Source: Gammaproteobacteria bacterium (GTDB lineage Bacteria > Pseudomonadota > Gammaproteobacteria > JAURND01). Taken from it: DNA of 64,000 nt. Positions 60,392 through 64,000 of this stretch are shown piece after piece. The notes below the pieces were generated by a model. It did no database searches. It saw only the letters and a list, made by a program, of their open reading frames with translations, and was not told where the DNA came from. Position numbers and translations under genes: made by a program. How positions within the stretch are numbered: the first letter of the stretch is position 1; each line of letters starts with the position of its first letter. Location of the stretch: the NCBI GenBank assembly GCA_035546635.1, contig DASZWJ010000019.1:229386-293385 (forward strand). The letters are read 5' to 3'.

Positions 60392-61159
60392 TTACAAATA
60401 AGCGATCACAAAAAGCCTAAGGAAAGGAAAAAGCACCTGACCATTGGCTTGCCGTGGATAGGCTTTAGCAATCAACTGCAAATAACCCTGCAAAAATGAG
60501 TCTTGCTTATCCTCAGGTAAAAGATCGAGAAATGGCCGCAACCCTGAGCCTTTATACCACTCAACAATCGCCTCTGGACCTGACATGGCGTGGAAGTATT
60601 CGCTACGCCACAGCTCAATATGAGACGCATGAGGTGATAGAACATCATAATAAAATGCAGGTGGGTGTACGTACCATTCCCTGATGGGTTGATGGAAATG
60701 TTTACGCCAATGTTTGGAAGCAGCCAAATCCCGCATCAACTGATGAGCTGTTGCATTGATATTAGCCGGCACTTGAAAGGCCAGCGCACCCCCTGGTTTA
60801 ACCTGCTGCAGCAGATGCGGTAGAACCCGTTCATGCTCTGAGACCCACTGTAGTGCCGCATTAGAAAAGACTATATCGTAAGTTTCAAGCGGAGTCCAAC
60901 TGGCAATATCTGCCTGCAACCATTGTCCCTTGGGATATAGTTTGCGCGCCTCCATAATCATCTGCTCTGAACTATCCAAGCCGGTAATAACCGCATTCGG
61001 CCAGCATTCCATTAAAACTTGGGTACTATTGCCCGGACCACAGCCCAGATCAATGATTTTTTGTGGATCTTCAATTTGAACTGAACGCGCTAGATCTTGG
61101 CAAGGGCGGGTCCGTTGATTAAAAAATTTTAGATATTGCTTGGGATTCCAGCTTGGCAT
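60392..61159 (-). CDS. tam: trans-aconitate 2-methyltransferase-like SAM methyltransferase
   Basis: It begins MPSWNPKQYLKFFNQRTRP, as Tam does, and has motif I IIDLGCGPGNST. It is 255 aa. Confidence 0.8.
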   Translation of the reverse strand: MPSWNPKQYLKFFNQRTRPCQDLARSVQIEDPQKIIDLGCGPGNSTQVLMECWPNAVITGLDSSEQMIMEARKLYPKGQWLQADIASWTPLETYDIVFSNAALQWVSEHERVLPHLLQQVKPGGALAFQVPANINATAHQLMRDLAASKHWRKHFHQPIREWYVHPPAFYYDVLSPHASHIELWRSEYFHAMSGPEAIVEWYKGSGLRPFLDLLPEDKQDSFLQGYLQLIAKAYPRQANGQVLFPFLRLFVIAYL

Positions 61160-61291
61160 ATATACACTCTTTTATGGGTAATTAAAAAACCTGTGGGGTG
61201 ACATACGCGCTCCCAAGGTGATGATTTGATTTACCGCTATCCAAGGATGTGGCAAAATCAATCAAACAAAAACCAACTTAAGGACAAACAT

Positions 61292-61756
61292 ATGTTAAAA
61301 AAAATATTTTTCACGGCGTTTATTTTATTCAGTTCTACCTGGGTAGCAGCTCAAACCCCATTGGCAACTAATGATGCAAGCAACCATGAAATTGCCGCTA
61401 ATGTAGTCAGCATTAAAACCCCAGAAGTGAATGCAACTATGCCAACGCAACATGGCGCCCAAGTATACATGGAATTGGATAACAAGGGAGCAATAGCACA
61501 TCAACTCATTGCTGCCTATAGCCCAGTTGCTAAACTGATTCAACTGCATCAGACTTTTCAAAAAGAGGGTACAAGCTTTATGCAACAAGTACCAGTAATC
61601 AATATCAAACCAAGTCAAGAACAAGATCTCAAACAAGGCGGTTTTCATGTCATGCTAATGGGGTTAAACCAATCTTTAAAAAAAGGGCACAAAATACCCT
61701 TAGTATTGCTATTTGAAGATGGTAGTTATCTCAATTTAAATATAACAATTATCTAA
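61292..61756 (+). CDS. periplasmic copper chaperone PCu(A)C (DUF461)
   Basis: I trimmed the ORF to ATG 61292 (a signal peptide, MLKKIFFTAFILFSSTWVAA). It has the Cu-binding context GGFHVMLMGL. Confidence 0.75.
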   Translation: MLKKIFFTAFILFSSTWVAAQTPLATNDASNHEIAANVVSIKTPEVNATMPTQHGAQVYMELDNKGAIAHQLIAAYSPVAKLIQLHQTFQKEGTSFMQQVPVINIKPSQEQDLKQGGFHVMLMGLNQSLKKGHKIPLVLLFEDGSYLNLNITII

Positions 61757-61767
61757 AGAAAAATGTT

Positions 61768-62532
61768 ATGGCCGAGAAAAATATTCCCGACGATGAATTA
61801 TATATTCTCCGTCACAAAAATGGCATTATGCTGATTGATGATAAAGAAATACAACAGTATAAAAATCTATCTAAAATGCCAGATAAACTTTATACAGTAT
61901 CCGATTTATTCAAATACCCATTTTCTATTTATTTTTTAAATCAAAAGAGTCAGTTATCAAACTCTAATCCTGTCAATTTAGAATTTATACAAGCAGATTC
62001 ATTAAAGCAGGTTTATGGAAAAAGCGCTTTTGATATTTTTAAAGAGGAATCCACCTTACAACTGATTAAAAATGACACAAAAGTAATGCAAGCACAGAAA
62101 AAACTTTTTTTTGATGAACAACTGCCTGATAAACAGGGTTCCTATTTTAATGGTATTACCATCAAATTACCCTGGTATAGTCAAAAAAATGCAATCCTTG
62201 GTGTATTAGGATTAACCATTTTTTGGGGTCAGGGCTCTCCAGCAAGCTCTTTCTCATTAATTGATGAATTGGAATTTTTAAATGATAAAAATGGCATTAC
62301 CGGCAGCTTACCTGGTGCGCAATTAGGGAATAACTACCTCACCCAACGAGAGCTTGAAATACTGCAACATATTATTGAAGGAAGGCCTGCAAGAACAATT
62401 GCAGAAATTCTGGTTATCTCAAGACGCACCGTTGAAACCCATATAGAACATATCAAAAATAAAATTGGCGTAACCAGCAAACCCGAATTGATAGAAAAGG
62501 CGTTAGATTTTTATCGATCTTCTTCTTCCTGA
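61768..62532 (+). CDS. LuxR-family transcriptional regulator with an uncharacterised (PAS-like?) N-terminal sensor domain
   Basis: The C-terminal HTH is LTQRELEILQHIIEGRPARTIAEILVISRRTVETHIEHIKNKIG. There is no receiver-domain Asp pocket and no autoinducer-binding signature. Confidence 0.8.
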   Translation: MAEKNIPDDELYILRHKNGIMLIDDKEIQQYKNLSKMPDKLYTVSDLFKYPFSIYFLNQKSQLSNSNPVNLEFIQADSLKQVYGKSAFDIFKEESTLQLIKNDTKVMQAQKKLFFDEQLPDKQGSYFNGITIKLPWYSQKNAILGVLGLTIFWGQGSPASSFSLIDELEFLNDKNGITGSLPGAQLGNNYLTQRELEILQHIIEGRPARTIAEILVISRRTVETHIEHIKNKIGVTSKPELIEKALDFYRSSSS

Positions 62533-62540
62533 ATTTTGCT

Positions 62541-62570
62541 CTCATCCTTCTCTTGTGCTCATGATGACAG
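62541..62570. repeat. family B right half-copy (degenerate) after the LuxR gene
   Basis: ctcatccttctcttgtgctcatgatgacag aligns with the right arm of family B, with a few substitutions. Confidence 0.5.
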
Positions 62571-62593
62571 CAAAACTCAAGATGACAATACAA

Positions 62594-63376
62594 TTACGAC
62601 TCCTTAGCCATTTGCTCCAACCGACCCAATGTATCTTTATAAATTCTCGTGCTTATACCGAATTTGCTAGCAAAAGGATTGCTCAATATAAAGATAATCA
62701 TTAAGAGGGAAGTGATCGTGTAAATTAATGCTCCGGTTAAAACCATCTGCGCCCAAAGACGATCCATGCCAAAAAAATAAGAAATACCAACGACTACAAA
62801 TCCCAGCATAACCAGTAACATTAATGGATTTTCTAGTTTAGGTTGTGTAGCAATAAAAATTCTTAAGCGTCGATTTTCCCGCAATTTTGCTAAATGCTCT
62901 AAAGAGTTAGAATAAATAACCTGTTCTTTGGGTGATTGCACATCCATGTTCAAGTAAATTCTCTGTAATTTCTCAAGAATCTCTGCAACTTGTGGTTCTT
63001 CTTGGTGCCTAATCATTTTCGGCCATTCTTTGGTAATAATAGCGTCTGTGTATTCAATGAGCGTTTGTTGAATACTATTCCGAACTTCTGGTGAAAATCC
63101 CGGCGCCAGCTGCGCTAAAGTCAACAAATCAGTGGTTTCTATTTTAGCTTCCCTGTAACTTTCCCCAACCTCATTGAGTACCATAGAAAATGTAAACGCC
63201 AATACCACGGCATAAATTACGCCAATTTGCAAAAAAATAGGGAATGCCACTTCATGATGAGAAGTTAGAAAATGTAAAGCGACCCAATTTCTGATGACTG
63301 CCACTAAGGCTGAACCTATAATAGCCGCTAGAAGCGCAACACTGATAACGGGATACTGTGAAAAAAAATTCATCAA
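62594..63376 (-). CDS. hypothetical membrane protein (two N-terminal and two C-terminal TM helices around a soluble helical domain)
   Basis: A 260-aa ORF with a clear hydrophobic-segment pattern. It is possibly DUF4239-like, but that is recollection only. Confidence 0.6.
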   Translation of the reverse strand: MMNFFSQYPVISVALLAAIIGSALVAVIRNWVALHFLTSHHEVAFPIFLQIGVIYAVVLAFTFSMVLNEVGESYREAKIETTDLLTLAQLAPGFSPEVRNSIQQTLIEYTDAIITKEWPKMIRHQEEPQVAEILEKLQRIYLNMDVQSPKEQVIYSNSLEHLAKLRENRRLRIFIATQPKLENPLMLLVMLGFVVVGISYFFGMDRLWAQMVLTGALIYTITSLLMIIFILSNPFASKFGISTRIYKDTLGRLEQMAKES

Positions 63377-63452
63377 TGAATACCTGAAGCTCCATAATTA
63401 GAAGCTCTATATATCATAAATATATAAAGAAAAGCTACTCTTAGCATAAACG

Positions 63453-63538
63453 TCTCCCGGCAGGAGGCCGGGATCCAGGTCGCAGGAAAGCGAAACTGTG
63501 ATGTCCCTATCAACTGGATTTCGGCTTCCTGCCGGGAC
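63453..63538 (+). repeat. family C element, copy 2
   Basis: tctcccggcaggaggccgggatccaggtcgcaggaaagcgaaactgtgatgtccctatcaactggatttcggcttcctgccgggac has the same orientation and architecture as 37478-37562. Confidence 0.8.
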
Positions 63539-63588
63539 AATGTGCGAGTAGTTACATTGAATCAACATCAACTAGAGGTTTAATCCAA

Positions 63589-64000
63589 ATGAAATTAAAA
63601 AATAAAATTGCTTTAATTACTGGTGGCTCCAGCGGAATCGGGCTAGCTATTGCACAATTATTTTTGCAAGAAGGTGCCAAGGTAGTTATCACAGGAAGCA
63701 ACAGAGTAAAACTAGAAAAAGCCAAAGAGCAATTAAAGGGTGATGTTTTTGCTGTACAGAGTGATATTGCTGATTTAAATGAGATTCATGATTTATACCA
63801 GCAAATCCATAAGCATTTTAATGCTAATCTTGATATCCTCGTTGCGAATGCGGGTATTGTTAAAATCGCTCCGGTTGAAAAAGTTACAGAAGAACTCTTT
63901 GACAAAGTCATGTCAGTCAATTTAAAAGGTACCTATTTTACCGTGCAAAAATCCTTACCCTATTTAAACAGTCCGGCATCAATTATTTTAATTTCTTCTA
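63589..64000 (+). CDS. short-chain dehydrogenase/reductase (SDR), 3' end outside the window
   Basis: ATG 63589 opens MKLKNKIALITGGSSGIGLAIAQLF (TGxxxGxG Rossmann motif) and NAGI. The frame stays open to the window end, so it is absent from the ORF track. Confidence 0.85.
   Translation, partial: MKLKNKIALITGGSSGIGLAIAQLFLQEGAKVVITGSNRVKLEKAKEQLKGDVFAVQSDIADLNEIHDLYQQIHKHFNANLDILVANAGIVKIAPVEKVTEELFDKVMSVNLKGTYFTVQKSLPYLNSPASIILISS

Overview
This is a 64-kb chromosomal window from an AT-leaning gammaproteobacterium. The assignment rests on gene content and synteny: mfd, miaB-ybeZ-ybeY, ftsK, rdgC, divergent rne/rluC, cmk-rpsA, divergent pncC/mutS, msbA-lpxK and corC-lnt. A Legionellales-like lineage is only a guess. 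I call about 58 CDS. They include a complete hisGDCBHAFIE operon and a TPP-riboswitch-controlled thiC-thiO-thiS-thiG-thiDE operon. I saw no rRNA or tRNA genes, no CRISPR array, and no transposase, integrase, phage or recognisable defence genes. Four things stand out.

1. Two divergent, full-length-collinear paralogues (3712-5280 on +, 55198-56775 on -) fuse a class I SAM methyltransferase to a eukaryotic-like kinase core, a short coiled coil and an amphipathic tail. This is the domain order of the O-antigen chain terminator WbdD, yet neither gene has a linked wzm/wzt transporter or polymerising glycosyltransferases. This is my best candidate for an undescribed system.

2. The window carries at least five families of small palindromic REP/MITE-like elements. 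Several supply the last codons and the stop codon of housekeeping genes (hisD, hisH, lpxK, cmk and a sugar nucleotidyltransferase). Two sit in the only gaps of the his operon. One has 13-bp terminal inverted repeats and an 8-bp direct duplication, and lies where ihfB normally sits.

3. The conserved miaB-ybeZ-ybeY-corC-lnt cluster is split in a way that a single inversion of about 30.7 kb explains.

4. There are several orphans: a poly-Ser protein behind an AT-rich leader, an exported protein translationally coupled to thiDE, and a namZ-nucleotidyltransferase pair lacking a kinase.

All functional calls come from motifs read by eye in the supplied translations. No database search was run.
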